42,970 nucleotides of DNA from Saprospiraceae bacterium (GTDB lineage Bacteria; Bacteroidota; Bacteroidia; Chitinophagales; Saprospiraceae), in the NCBI GenBank assembly GCA_033720735.1, contig JAWWBX010000004.1, positions 1 through 42,970 of the forward strand, read 5' to 3'. The translations under genes and the position numbers were made by a program. The notes under the pieces are model-generated. The model made no database searches. It was not told the DNA's origin and saw nothing but the letters and a program-made list of their open reading frames with translations. Position 1 is the stretch's first letter. Each line of letters starts with the position of its first letter. This document shows, piece after piece, positions 27,895 through 37,813 of this stretch.

Positions 27895-29607
27895 CTATTG
27901 CTTGCGTTCTCCCGTCAACTCCTGTCCTCCCTGAAACAGGGTCAGGCTGGCCGTCTTTCCGTCCGGGTCGCGATTGAACCTGATTTGGGCATTGACCACT
28001 TTCAGGTAGTAGTCGACCTCCGTGGTTGGATAGATCTCCACCCGCGGCTGTCCCGTCGCCTGAATCGACAGCTGCGTTCCCTGACGGGTCACTTCGATAT
28101 CAAAACCGGGCATGAGCGTGTAAACACCGACATGTCGCTCCAGGATCTCCGCCGGCACGTCGGCGTCGGCTACCTCCACCTCAACTCCGAGCTTCTTCAG
28201 CACATCGATCCCGCCGGTATTGCCGGGATTGAGCTCCACTGACTTGCGATAGTTCTCAATGGCCAGCTCGGTTTGCCCGTCCTCCAGCAGTGCTTCGCCA
28301 TAGCTGTCGTAGGTATTGAAGGCATCAGGATACAATTCGGTGTTCAATTTGAATACGGCCAGGGCTTCCTGCAACTGCCGCGCTCCGAGATAGGAATACC
28401 CAAGCGAATTGATCTCCATTTCATCAAAATGGTAGTTGTCGCGCTCGTTGGCCCAGACGTCCTTGACAGCCTGAACGGCCTCTTCTGTGCCGTTCTCGTC
28501 GATCAAGGTGCGCAGCATGGTCGTGACCGGTCGTTTGACTGGAGACAGCTCCGCTGCCGGATCAAGCATGCGCAGCCCAATATCACCTGCTGCCGACGTC
28601 GAATTGGTGAACACGACGACCCCTTTTTTCGTCTCCCGGACAAAGCCGGCGAAGGTCAGATACCCGCCCGTTCCGCCGGTGTGCGTGATGATGTCTCCTT
28701 CCGAGCCCTCCAGGATATGCCATCCCAGGCCGACGCGCACATCGCCGCGCTTGTTGTGGCGTGTCTGCTGCGTGGCGGCCATGGCGGAGTGCAGGGGTGT
28801 CTCGATGAGGCCGAGTTGTGCGCCGAGATAGATGAGCATGTCGTGCACCGAGCTTCTGATCGCTCCTGCGCCGGCCAGGGCGGGAATATCCCAGTTCTCG
28901 ACCTGTCTGCCATTGCTGTGCGGCAAGGCAAGGTTGTTCCGCATCCGGTCCGTCAGGGTGATCCTTGTTTCAGCCATGCCCAGCGGATCGGCAATGGCAT
29001 CGATCATCAGCTGCTCATAGGACTTGCCCGTTTTGAGCTCCAAAATGTGCCCGAGCAGGCCCTGCGCGAGATTGGAATATTCGTACTCTGCCCCGGGATC
29101 CCGGCGCAGGTTGTGCCCCGAGACGAAGTCATACATCTGCTGGACGGTATAGTCCGCATAAGGATTCAGGGGATTGGCCGGTGTAAAATTGCCAGGCATG
29201 CGCGGAAGTCCGGAGGTGTGATCGGACAGCTGTGCCAGTGTCATTGCCTGGCCATTGCGTTGTGGCACACGCACCTCTTTGGGCAGGTGCATGGACACCG
29301 GGTCATCCAGCCGAACGATGCCTTGCTCCACGAGATGCATGAGCAGAGCTGCCGTAAACGTCTTCGTAATAGATCCGATCTCGTAGATCGTATGCTTGTC
29401 TACTGCCTCACCGCCCGGCGTCTTGCTCCCGAACATGAAAAAATGCGAACCATATTCATCGATAAGCCCGATCGCAATGCTGGGATTGATACCATACGCA
29501 ATGCGCCGTTCGATGCTTTCAACGATGTCCGGTGGCAGGGTCGCCTGACCGATGCTGGCTGTTGATGCCCAACAGGTGAGCAGAAGGGAAATGACAAATC
29601 GCTGCAT
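27895..29607 (-). CDS. serine hydrolase of the beta-lactamase / penicillin-binding family, with a C-terminal TPR-like extension
   Basis: Signal peptide, SxxK motif (SITK), YxN and HxG-like motifs in the transpeptidase fold, then a ~200 aa helical-repeat/extra domain. Confidence 0.8.
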   Translation of the reverse strand: MQRFVISLLLTCWASTASIGQATLPPDIVESIERRIAYGINPSIAIGLIDEYGSHFFMFGSKTPGGEAVDKHTIYEIGSITKTFTAALLMHLVEQGIVRLDDPVSMHLPKEVRVPQRNGQAMTLAQLSDHTSGLPRMPGNFTPANPLNPYADYTVQQMYDFVSGHNLRRDPGAEYEYSNLAQGLLGHILELKTGKSYEQLMIDAIADPLGMAETRITLTDRMRNNLALPHSNGRQVENWDIPALAGAGAIRSSVHDMLIYLGAQLGLIETPLHSAMAATQQTRHNKRGDVRVGLGWHILEGSEGDIITHTGGTGGYLTFAGFVRETKKGVVVFTNSTSAAGDIGLRMLDPAAELSPVKRPVTTMLRTLIDENGTEEAVQAVKDVWANERDNYHFDEMEINSLGYSYLGARQLQEALAVFKLNTELYPDAFNTYDSYGEALLEDGQTELAIENYRKSVELNPGNTGGIDVLKKLGVEVEVADADVPAEILERHVGVYTLMPGFDIEVTRQGTQLSIQATGQPRVEIYPTTEVDYYLKVVNAQIRFNRDPDGKTASLTLFQGGQELTGERKQ

Positions 29608-29651
29608 TCTTATAGATTTGGTGGCATGAAGGTACGTTCGAGCGACGGATA

Positions 29652-30878
29652 ATGCGTTTCTTCCAGACTCTCCGCAACATTGGTCCGGGTGCCATGGTTG
29701 CTGCCGCCTTTATCGGGCCGGGCACCGTGACCACCGCCACCATTGCAGGTGCCAGCTTCGGCTACACGCTGCTTTGGGCTATTGTCTTCTCCATTCTGGC
29801 GACCCTCCTGCTGCAGGAAATGTCTGCCCGACTGGGGATCGTCAGCGGCATGGGCGTTGGGGATGCCGTAAGGAGGAAACTGCATGGCAAAGTGTCTTTC
29901 ATCCTGGCCGCATGCCTGATCATTGCAGCCATCCTCATCGGCAACGCGGCGTACGAGGCCGGCAACATTACCGGGGCGGTACTCGGCTTCGAACAGTATG
30001 CCGAGCGGTTTGCAGAGTGGCCGGTCAATCCACTGGTGATGGCCATCGGCGTAGTGGCGTTTCTGCTTTTGTTCAGCGGCACCTTCAGATTGATCGAGCG
30101 GTCGCTGATCCTGATGGTAAGTGTCATGGGTGTCGTGTTTCTGGTGTCAGCATTCCTGCTCAAGCCTGATCTCGGCGAGGTCATTGCGCATATGTTCATT
30201 CCACAGCTTCCGGATGATGCCCTGCTGGCCGTCATTGGCCTGATTGGCACAACCGTCGTGCCCTACAACCTGTTTTTGCACGCCTCGTCGGTCCGGCATC
30301 GCTGGTCTGATCCGTCACAACTGCCAGCAGCCCGCTGGGACACCATCTTGTCGGTCGTCCTGGGAGGGATCATCACCATGGCAATCCTGATCTGTGCCGC
30401 CGCTGCTTTCGATGGCAGCGCCCGGAGTGTGGACAGTGCGGCCGACCTGGCTGCACAGCTCACCCCCATTCTGGGTGACTGGTCGTTGGCATTCATTGCC
30501 ATCGGATTTCTCGCAGCAGGCCTTTCATCATCCGTTACCGCCCCATTGGCGGCGGCTTTTGCGACTTCGGAGATACTCGGATGGGGCAATGATCTGAGGG
30601 GCGGCAGGTTCCGGTTGATCTGGTTGTTCGTTCTGGTTTGCGGGATCGTGTTCTCATCACTTGGGTTACGTCCTACCAGCGTGATCCTCTTTGCGCAAGT
30701 CGCAAACGGACTGTTGCTCCCCGTCATTGCCATCTTTCTGCTGTGGATCATGAACGACCACGCCATCATGGGTGCACATCGCAACCGACCCTGGGCCAAC
30801 GCATTCGGTGTGATCGTCATCTGTGTCACCATCGGCCTGGGGCTACGCGGCATCCTGTCGGCAGCCGGTGTTCTCTAA
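29652..30878 (+). CDS. mntH: NRAMP-family divalent metal-cation transporter
   Basis: IGPGAMVAAAFIGPGTVTT parallels the MntH DPGN region. 11-12 TM helices; 408 aa. Confidence 0.88.
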   Translation: MRFFQTLRNIGPGAMVAAAFIGPGTVTTATIAGASFGYTLLWAIVFSILATLLLQEMSARLGIVSGMGVGDAVRRKLHGKVSFILAACLIIAAILIGNAAYEAGNITGAVLGFEQYAERFAEWPVNPLVMAIGVVAFLLLFSGTFRLIERSLILMVSVMGVVFLVSAFLLKPDLGEVIAHMFIPQLPDDALLAVIGLIGTTVVPYNLFLHASSVRHRWSDPSQLPAARWDTILSVVLGGIITMAILICAAAAFDGSARSVDSAADLAAQLTPILGDWSLAFIAIGFLAAGLSSSVTAPLAAAFATSEILGWGNDLRGGRFRLIWLFVLVCGIVFSSLGLRPTSVILFAQVANGLLLPVIAIFLLWIMNDHAIMGAHRNRPWANAFGVIVICVTIGLGLRGILSAAGVL

Positions 30879-30896
30879 ATGCGGTAATTTGAACGC

Positions 30897-31661
30897 ATGG
30901 TGCACATTGACATCAACTGTGATATGGGTGAAAGCTACGGCAGGTTTGAGCTGGGCGACGACGCTGCTATCTTTCCTTATATCACTTCCTGTAACGTCGC
31001 GTGCGGGATGCACGGCGGCGACCCGCTGACCATCGACCGAACGATTCGCAATGCCCTGACCCACGGAGTACAGATCGGCGCCCATCCCGCTTTTCCCGAC
31101 CTGATGGGATTCGGGCGGCGGACCATGCACCTCCCTGCCGACGAGCTGCAGGCGTTGGTCAAGTATCAGATCGCAGCGGTGAAAGGCATGACAGAAAGCG
31201 TGGGCGGCCGCCTTCGTTATGTCAAACCACACGGGGCACTGTACAACCTGGCTGCTGATGACCCGGATACATCCCGGGTGATCTTGCAGGCCATGCAGGA
31301 GATCGATGCAGAACTGACCCTGATGGGAATGGCCGGGAGCATTACCGAGCAGGTGGCGCGTGAGCATGGCGCATCCTTCGTAGCGGAAGCATTCGCTGAC
31401 CGTCGCTACACGGATACGGGCCGATTGGTCAGCCGGTCACAGGCTGGCGCCGTCATCAGCGATCCGGCCGAGGCGGTACAGCAGGTGATCAACATCGTGA
31501 CCCAGGCACATGTGGTCAGTCACAACGGGGTACAGGTCCCAGTTCACGCACAGACCATCTGTATCCACGGAGACAACCCTGCGGCGACGGCCATCCTTCA
31601 GGCCATCGATGCGGCGCTGGTCAAACACAATGTACTCAAGCAAGCATTTGCTGTTCAATGA
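30897..31661 (+). CDS. pxpA: 5-oxoprolinase subunit A (LamB/YcsF family)
   Basis: MVHIDINCDMGESYG...NVACGMHGGDP...GAHPAFPD is the LamB/YcsF signature. Confidence 0.9.
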   Translation: MVHIDINCDMGESYGRFELGDDAAIFPYITSCNVACGMHGGDPLTIDRTIRNALTHGVQIGAHPAFPDLMGFGRRTMHLPADELQALVKYQIAAVKGMTESVGGRLRYVKPHGALYNLAADDPDTSRVILQAMQEIDAELTLMGMAGSITEQVAREHGASFVAEAFADRRYTDTGRLVSRSQAGAVISDPAEAVQQVINIVTQAHVVSHNGVQVPVHAQTICIHGDNPAATAILQAIDAALVKHNVLKQAFAVQ

Positions 31662-32371
31662 AGATCGTTCCACTTGGCACCGAGGCACTGCTGGTTGATT
31701 TCGGACATGTCATCTCCCCAGCGGTGAATGGACTTGCCATCTCACTCGCTCGTCAGGTCGAGCAAGCTGATCTGCCGGGGGTGCGCTTCTGTGCACCGGC
31801 ATATGCTTCAGTGACAGTAGGGTTCGATCCACGCGTGACAACGTTTGACACCCTCGCACAGAAGGTAAAGTCCCTTGTTCCACTGGTCAGCGAGGTCGCC
31901 GGCGCCACAGAGCGACCAACCTGGCGCATCCCCGTTTGCTACCATGAGCGCTACGCACCTGATCTGTCGGATGTGCTTCAACATACCGGGCTTGAGTGGG
32001 AAGAGCTGATCGCCCTGCATTCCGGCAGGTCATACCGCGTTTACATGCTTGGTTTCCTGCCGGGATTCACCTACCTGGGCTCGGTGGACGCACGGCTGGT
32101 CATGCCACGCAAAGCACAGCCTCGCACCCGCGTGCCTGCTGGATCAGTCGGGATCGCCGGCGAACAAACGGGCATCTACCCCGTGCAGGCTCCAGGCGGA
32201 TGGCAACTGATTGGCCGCACTCCGGTCCGCACGTTCGATCCCGAAAGTAGCGAGCCGTTTCTGATCCAGCCTGGCGACCACGTACGTTTTGAACCGGTGG
32301 CGCCCTCTGAGTTCGAAGCACTGGCAAACGCCGTTGTCGCTGGCACCTACACCCTTGCGAGCGATGGCTGA
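31658..32371 (+). CDS. pxpB: 5-oxoprolinase subunit B (KipI / allophanate-hydrolase subunit 1 family)
   Basis: A cyclophilin-like KipI domain. ATGA overlap with pxpA. Confidence 0.8.
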   Translation: MKIVPLGTEALLVDFGHVISPAVNGLAISLARQVEQADLPGVRFCAPAYASVTVGFDPRVTTFDTLAQKVKSLVPLVSEVAGATERPTWRIPVCYHERYAPDLSDVLQHTGLEWEELIALHSGRSYRVYMLGFLPGFTYLGSVDARLVMPRKAQPRTRVPAGSVGIAGEQTGIYPVQAPGGWQLIGRTPVRTFDPESSEPFLIQPGDHVRFEPVAPSEFEALANAVVAGTYTLASDG

Positions 32372-33296
32372 GGTGATCACACTTCAATTCATGAAGCCCG
32401 GGATGCAGACACTGGTGCAGGACCTGGGCCGCGCAGGATGCCAGGCTTTCGGTGTACCGGTGGGAGGCGCGCTGGATCGCGGTGCTGCGATCACGGCCAA
32501 TCGGTTGGTGGGCAACCCTCCAACCAGCCCTCTTCTTGAGATCGCTCTCGCCGGCCCCGATATTGCCGTGCACGATGCATGCACCGTGGCCATTACGGGA
32601 GGCGCGACGCGGCCCATGTACAACAGCCAACCCCTGCCACTGGGAAAACCTGTCTCGTTGGAGGCAGGCGGCGTGCTGACCTTTGCCTATCCACAGGAAG
32701 GGAGCCACGGATACCTGGCGGTGGGTGGTGAATGGGAGGTGTCCGGCTGGCTGGGCAGCGTGAGCCCGCTCCTCTATAGCCCCGAGGTCACCCCAGGCAG
32801 CCGGCCGGTACGGGGCAGCTTCCTCAAAATCCATCGACGGCCGTCAACGTTTGATGTCCGACCTGTCACACTCACAACTGACTACCCTGACCATCTCGAG
32901 ATCGCCGTAGTGCCCGGGCCCGAGTTGAACCGGCTTCCCGCAACGTCCATTCAGGTGTTGTTCAGTGAGAGATTTACCGTCGGCCGGCACATCAACAGGA
33001 TGGGGATACGCCTTGAAGAGTCCGTGCGCCGGGCTTCCGTTTCGAAGCCATTCATCTCGTCGGGCGTGGTTCCGGGGACGGTGCAGTTGACCCGCTCGGG
33101 CAAACCCGTCATTCTGCTGGCGGATGCACAAACCACCGGCGGATATCCGCGCATCTTGCAAGTCATAACTCCTGAGCTTGACCGTCTGGCGCAGGTCAGG
33201 CCCGGCAACACCCTCTCTTTCCGGCAGATGACCCATGAACGGGCCACAGAGCTGACAGTTGCCTACCTGGAGCGCTATCAATTTCCCGTACCCTGA
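32364..33296 (+). CDS. pxpC: 5-oxoprolinase subunit C (KipA / allophanate-hydrolase subunit 2 family)
   Basis: KPGMQTLVQDLGRAGCQAFGVPVGGALD is the KipA N-terminus. The start ATG overlaps the pxpB stop (ATGGCTGA). The track start at 32289 is upstream of this. Confidence 0.8.
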   Translation: MAEVITLQFMKPGMQTLVQDLGRAGCQAFGVPVGGALDRGAAITANRLVGNPPTSPLLEIALAGPDIAVHDACTVAITGGATRPMYNSQPLPLGKPVSLEAGGVLTFAYPQEGSHGYLAVGGEWEVSGWLGSVSPLLYSPEVTPGSRPVRGSFLKIHRRPSTFDVRPVTLTTDYPDHLEIAVVPGPELNRLPATSIQVLFSERFTVGRHINRMGIRLEESVRRASVSKPFISSGVVPGTVQLTRSGKPVILLADAQTTGGYPRILQVITPELDRLAQVRPGNTLSFRQMTHERATELTVAYLERYQFPVP

Positions 33297-33331
33297 TACA
33301 TCTTTTCGCCTGATTCCATTGTTTCAGGTAT

Positions 33332-35584
33332 ATGGCGGAGGTCAGGCAACAGGTCCAGCAGGAACATCTTCCCGTATCGGGAATGCATTGCGCGGGTTGC
33401 GCAAGCAATGTGCAAGATACCCTTTCGAAACAGCCGGGCGTGGTCGACGCCCAGGTCAATTACGCCGACGCATCCGTCTCTCTCGAATACGACGCATCCG
33501 TCACGTCACTAGATACATTGCAGCAGGTGGTCAGGGACATCGGATATGACCTGTATTTACCAGCCGAATCGGCGCAGGAGGATCGCGACTTTGAGGCAGA
33601 TCGCCAGCGCGCATATTTGCGCCTGCGCCGCAATGTATGGCTGTCCATCGGTTTCGCGATACCGGTCGTGATCATTGGTATGTTCTTCCCGGACTTGCCA
33701 AACGGCAGGTGGATCATGTGGCTCCTTACGACACCGGTGGTCTTTGCCTTCGGTAGTCGGTTCTTTCGAGGCGCATGGCAACAACTCCAGCGGGGTCGCG
33801 CCAATATGGATACGCTGGTGGCGATGAGTACCTCCATTGCCTATTTGTTGAGCGTTGTGAACACGCTTTACCCGGACTATCTCGAAGCCCGCGGTATGGA
33901 GGCACATGTCTACTTTGAAGCGGCGGCGGTCATTATCACCTTCATCCTGATTGGTCGTTTACTGGAGGACCGTGCCAAACTGCAGACGTCTCAGGCGATC
34001 CGGTCTCTCATGGACCTCCAGCCACCGACCGTCATGCGCATCGGTGATGATGGACAACCGCGGCAGGTTCAGGCGGCTGAGGTACAAGTCGACGATGTGT
34101 TGCTGGTGCGACCGGGTGATCAGATTGCGGTCGACGGTGTCGTCGTGGACGGCAGTTCGTACATCGACGAAAGTATGATAACGGGTGAGCCACTGCCTGC
34201 TGTCAAGACAGCGGGAGACCGGGTCTTTACCGGGACCATCAATCAGAAAGGCAGTTTTCAAATGCGGGCGACAGAGGTTGGCGCTGCAACGATGCTCGCC
34301 AGGATGATCAAGACCGTGCGGGAAGCCCAGGGTAGCAAGGCACCTGTACAACACCTGGTCGACCGGATCGCCGCAGTCTTCGTGCCCATCGTCATCATGA
34401 TTGCTGTGCTGAGTTTCGCAGCCTGGCTCCTTTGGGGTGGTGACCAGGCACTGACATACGGACTTCTGTCCATGGTCACGGTCCTGGTCATCGCCTGTCC
34501 GTGCGCCCTGGGATTGGCTACGCCCACGGCGTTGATGGTCGGTATCGGACGCGCTGCCCAGTCCGGGATCCTGATCAAGGATGCTACAAGCCTTGAACTC
34601 TCACACAAGCTGGATGCAGTGCTGCTGGACAAGACCGGTACCATCACCGAGGGCAAACCGGCCGTGACTGATATCCAGTGGTTTGCCCCGGGCGCGGACA
34701 AGATGGCGCTCACAGAGATCCTGCACGCGCTCGAAACACGTTCAGAGCATCCGCTCGCCGGTGCCATCGTGCGGTTTTTGGCCTTGAAAAAGGCGCGTCC
34801 TGTGGTTATCGATGACTTTGTCAGTGTCACGGGTAAAGGTGTCAAGGGCAAGGTGCACGGGCGCTTGTTTGCGGTGGGCACAAGGTCTTTTGCAGAAGGA
34901 ATTTGTGGCAGTTTCGGCAGTGAAGTCGACAACATCGTGGCGGCCTGGCATGGCGCCGCGAGAACAGTCGTGTACTATGTGAGTGAGAACGGAATACTGG
35001 CCGTCCTTGGCATTGCCGATCCGGTCAAGCGGGGCTCGCAGGAAGCTGTGCAGCAGCTACGCGGTATGGGAATTGATGTTTTTCTTTTGACCGGTGACAG
35101 CAAGGCGACTGCGGACGCGGTGGCTTCAGTCGTAGGTATCGAGCAGGTGCACGCCCGGCTCCTGCCGGAAGCAAAAGCACGTTTCGTGCAGGAGCTACGC
35201 AACCAGGGTAAAGTGGTGGCAGTCGTGGGTGACGGTATCAATGACACCCAGGCACTGACCGAGGCCGACGTGGGTATTGCCATGGGCACAGGTTCCGATA
35301 TCGCGATCGACGTTGCGGCAATCACCATTGTTTCCGCGGATTTGCGCAAGGTGCCGCAGGCCATTCTGCTCTCACGCCGCACCACCCGCACGATCAGGCA
35401 AAACCTCTTCTGGGCATTCATCTACAATGTCATCGGTATTCCGGTTGCCGCGGGGGTTTTGTATCCATTTACCGGGTATTTGCTCAATCCCATGATTGCC
35501 GGAGCAGCGATGGCACTCAGCTCAGTGTCCGTAGTTACCAACAGCCTGCGCCTGCGCTGGGCGCGCATTGCGCAAGATGATTAA
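33332..35584 (+). CDS. copA: copper-translocating P1B-type ATPase
   Basis: N-terminal HMA domain (GMHCAGCASNV), CPC in TM6, DKTGTIT phosphorylation site, and GDGINDT hinge. 750 aa. Confidence 0.93.
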   Translation: MAEVRQQVQQEHLPVSGMHCAGCASNVQDTLSKQPGVVDAQVNYADASVSLEYDASVTSLDTLQQVVRDIGYDLYLPAESAQEDRDFEADRQRAYLRLRRNVWLSIGFAIPVVIIGMFFPDLPNGRWIMWLLTTPVVFAFGSRFFRGAWQQLQRGRANMDTLVAMSTSIAYLLSVVNTLYPDYLEARGMEAHVYFEAAAVIITFILIGRLLEDRAKLQTSQAIRSLMDLQPPTVMRIGDDGQPRQVQAAEVQVDDVLLVRPGDQIAVDGVVVDGSSYIDESMITGEPLPAVKTAGDRVFTGTINQKGSFQMRATEVGAATMLARMIKTVREAQGSKAPVQHLVDRIAAVFVPIVIMIAVLSFAAWLLWGGDQALTYGLLSMVTVLVIACPCALGLATPTALMVGIGRAAQSGILIKDATSLELSHKLDAVLLDKTGTITEGKPAVTDIQWFAPGADKMALTEILHALETRSEHPLAGAIVRFLALKKARPVVIDDFVSVTGKGVKGKVHGRLFAVGTRSFAEGICGSFGSEVDNIVAAWHGAARTVVYYVSENGILAVLGIADPVKRGSQEAVQQLRGMGIDVFLLTGDSKATADAVASVVGIEQVHARLLPEAKARFVQELRNQGKVVAVVGDGINDTQALTEADVGIAMGTGSDIAIDVAAITIVSADLRKVPQAILLSRRTTRTIRQNLFWAFIYNVIGIPVAAGVLYPFTGYLLNPMIAGAAMALSSVSVVTNSLRLRWARIAQDD

Positions 35585-36631
35585 CTAGTCAGGATACAGA
35601 TCAATTCCAGGGTAGAAAGCGCCCCAGGAGAACCAGTATCCGATCATTTGCTCTGGCAACGCCAACGGAGCCGCGCCACTCACATCCTCCACCACCTGCC
35701 CCAACAAGTCATAGGTGTTCCCCTGGCCGTCTCTGAGGATCTCTGGAAACAAGGAATCAGCCACCGTAAACGTCAGCCTGTCCGGGTTGGCAAACGCGAT
35801 CAATAGTTGGTTGATCTTGCTGCGGACGATCACCAGGTCTTCGCCGCCGAGTACATCAGTGATGATCTCAACCGGCGGTGACCCGTCGTTGAAACGGTAG
35901 ACCCGCTGTGCGCTCCCGGCCAGGACGCCAAGCACGCGCTCCTTGAGTGGAAGACGGTTGTCGACAGGCATCACCGGAAACAACAAACGGTCGTGATTGG
36001 CACGGTAGTCGCCATAGGGATACGAGCCATAGCTGCGCATATAGCCCGTATTGAGGTTCAAGACTTGTGATTCCGGATACGCCGCTTTCCAGATCCTCCA
36101 CTCGGTCTCGATGAGGCTGTAAGTCGCAGCCAGCGTCCCACGCAGTTCCCCGTGAACGCAATCCAGTCGTTGCTGAGACCACGTGCTGTTGGTGGCACGA
36201 TCATAAGGCATCAAATTGGTATTGTACAACAGGCCACTCACTCCGAAAGTGGTGGTTCCGCCGGGCAGGTTCCGGTCCCAGGCAACTCCGGTTCCGGTAA
36301 GCGGACAATAGGTGATGGCCAGCCGCATATTGCCGCTCTCGTCATTGACGATCTCGTGCCAGTCGAGGATGAGATGCGGGTACGCACGAACCTGATCCCC
36401 GATCCGCATCCCCAACACCAGGTCCTGATCTTCCATAAAATCGACCTCCCCGGCGATGGTAAACTGTGGGTGATCGATGGAAGGAATGCCGTCCTTCCCC
36501 GGTCCGCCATCAAACACCTCATCAGCCGGCACCGACCACTCTCCGGCATCCGGGATCAACTGGCTGCGGTCTGAACAGCCCATCACTGCCAGCAAGCACA
36601 AGATCAGGTTCAGGATCAATCGCTGGCACAT
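35585..36631 (-). CDS. lipoprotein, probably DUF3179 family
   Basis: Lipobox LLAVMGC. HEIVND, TYCPLTG, SGLLYNTNLMPYDRATNSTWSQ and YPYGDY resemble the DUF3179 pattern, recalled from memory. The track start at 36682 is TTG. The ATG at 36631 overlaps the upstream gene's stop as TGATG. Confidence 0.45.
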   Translation of the reverse strand: MCQRLILNLILCLLAVMGCSDRSQLIPDAGEWSVPADEVFDGGPGKDGIPSIDHPQFTIAGEVDFMEDQDLVLGMRIGDQVRAYPHLILDWHEIVNDESGNMRLAITYCPLTGTGVAWDRNLPGGTTTFGVSGLLYNTNLMPYDRATNSTWSQQRLDCVHGELRGTLAATYSLIETEWRIWKAAYPESQVLNLNTGYMRSYGSYPYGDYRANHDRLLFPVMPVDNRLPLKERVLGVLAGSAQRVYRFNDGSPPVEIITDVLGGEDLVIVRSKINQLLIAFANPDRLTFTVADSLFPEILRDGQGNTYDLLGQVVEDVSGAAPLALPEQMIGYWFSWGAFYPGIDLYPD

Positions 36632-37602
36632 CACTGCATGAAGATTCGCTGCGGTTTGGAGAAATTGATTTGTGTATACCAACCGAGGCCAAATGCCACC
36701 GTCGGTGTGAGCTGAGTCTCATTGACATAACGGTAGAGTGGCAACTCGAGATTGGCCTCCAGCAGGTGATCGCCCAGGGCGATGCCGTGTTGGAGCCTGA
36801 CAAACAGGAAGCGCCCCCCGGTCCCGGTATTCTTAAAGCCATCGATGGCGTCCCGCTGCACGCTCCGGTAACGCAATCCTGCCCCGGAATTCCACAACTG
36901 TCCCAATGTGAAATACTGGTCGTTGTACCCGGCAATCAGTTGCAGTTCGTTGCCAAAGCGGTATGCCTGCGTGCCTCCCCGTGATTCCCGGTTGGTTCCG
37001 GTCACCCGGTAAATGGCATTGAGATACGTGGTAGCGGAAGGACGTGTTGAGGGTGCGACCTCGAAAGAAGCAAAGAGGAGTCCGTCCCACGCACCGCTCC
37101 CTGCCTGCAGGTCCTCCACAAAAAAGATGCCCTGATCATTGCGTGTATCAGAGTCGCCAAGAGGGATACGCACGCCGGTGCCAAGGCGAATGGTGGGATG
37201 CGCTCTCACGGCGTCATAGATCACCAGGAGTGCTCCGTCGCCGATCCCGCGGGTTGTAGCGACATCGTCGGCACCAACAGATCTCTCGATCGTTCGGGAT
37301 TGCCTTACGTACGGGAGCAGGGTCTCAACCGTGAGACGAGCGGCCGGGTTGTATGCAGCGCGGAAGAGGAGCGACGTCGTGGTACGCTGACGGCCGGCAT
37401 CCGCCAGCCGCACATCTTTGGCAAACAGTGAGCGCAGCAATAACACGTCAGTGGCAACACTCAGCTGCAACGTACCCTGGTCCGCTGCCGCAAACCCCAG
37501 ATTGCTGCTCACCGGCACCCCTCCCGAACAACAGGTTTGCCCCCACGCCGATAGGATGGCAGCCAAGACAAGGATACCCGACATGAGGTATTTCCTATGC
37601 AT
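36631..37602 (-). CDS. outer-membrane beta-barrel protein of unknown function
   Basis: Signal peptide MHRKYLMSGILVLAAILSAWGQ, a Cys pair right after the cleavage site, and alternating amphipathic strands. The track start at 37653 is GTG; the ATG is at 37602. Confidence 0.5.
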   Translation of the reverse strand: MHRKYLMSGILVLAAILSAWGQTCCSGGVPVSSNLGFAAADQGTLQLSVATDVLLLRSLFAKDVRLADAGRQRTTTSLLFRAAYNPAARLTVETLLPYVRQSRTIERSVGADDVATTRGIGDGALLVIYDAVRAHPTIRLGTGVRIPLGDSDTRNDQGIFFVEDLQAGSGAWDGLLFASFEVAPSTRPSATTYLNAIYRVTGTNRESRGGTQAYRFGNELQLIAGYNDQYFTLGQLWNSGAGLRYRSVQRDAIDGFKNTGTGGRFLFVRLQHGIALGDHLLEANLELPLYRYVNETQLTPTVAFGLGWYTQINFSKPQRIFMQ

Positions 37603-37781
37603 ATCACGGAAGTTACATACACCCAAAAAAGACCACTGTCTCCTCGCTGACACTGACCCGCAGATCGTCCGGCCGCGATGTCCTCCGGCACCGTCAAGAT
37701 CGGGTCAATTGTCGGGCAGTTTGCAACGGTGACAAGCGTTTCAGATCAATGTCCAGATGCAACCCATGCCGGCAAACCATC

Positions 37782-37813
37782 GTCATTTTGCTTGTTATCT
37801 GTTGTCATTTTGC
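37782..37813. promoter_or_regulatory. two copies of the 12-bp direct repeat T(c/t)GTCATTTTGC spaced 22 bp apart in the 250-bp divergent intergenic region, followed by an A9 homopolymer (about 37826-37834)
   Basis: Read directly: aTCGTCATTTTGCttgttatctgtTGTCATTTTGCgccggtttgtcgAAAAAAAAAgggcg. Confidence 0.4.

Noticed and set aside
28273-29565. 430-aa + strand ORF inside the beta-lactamase-fold gene
   Set aside because: It is antisense to a CDS with clear SxxK serine-hydrolase motifs. An artifact.
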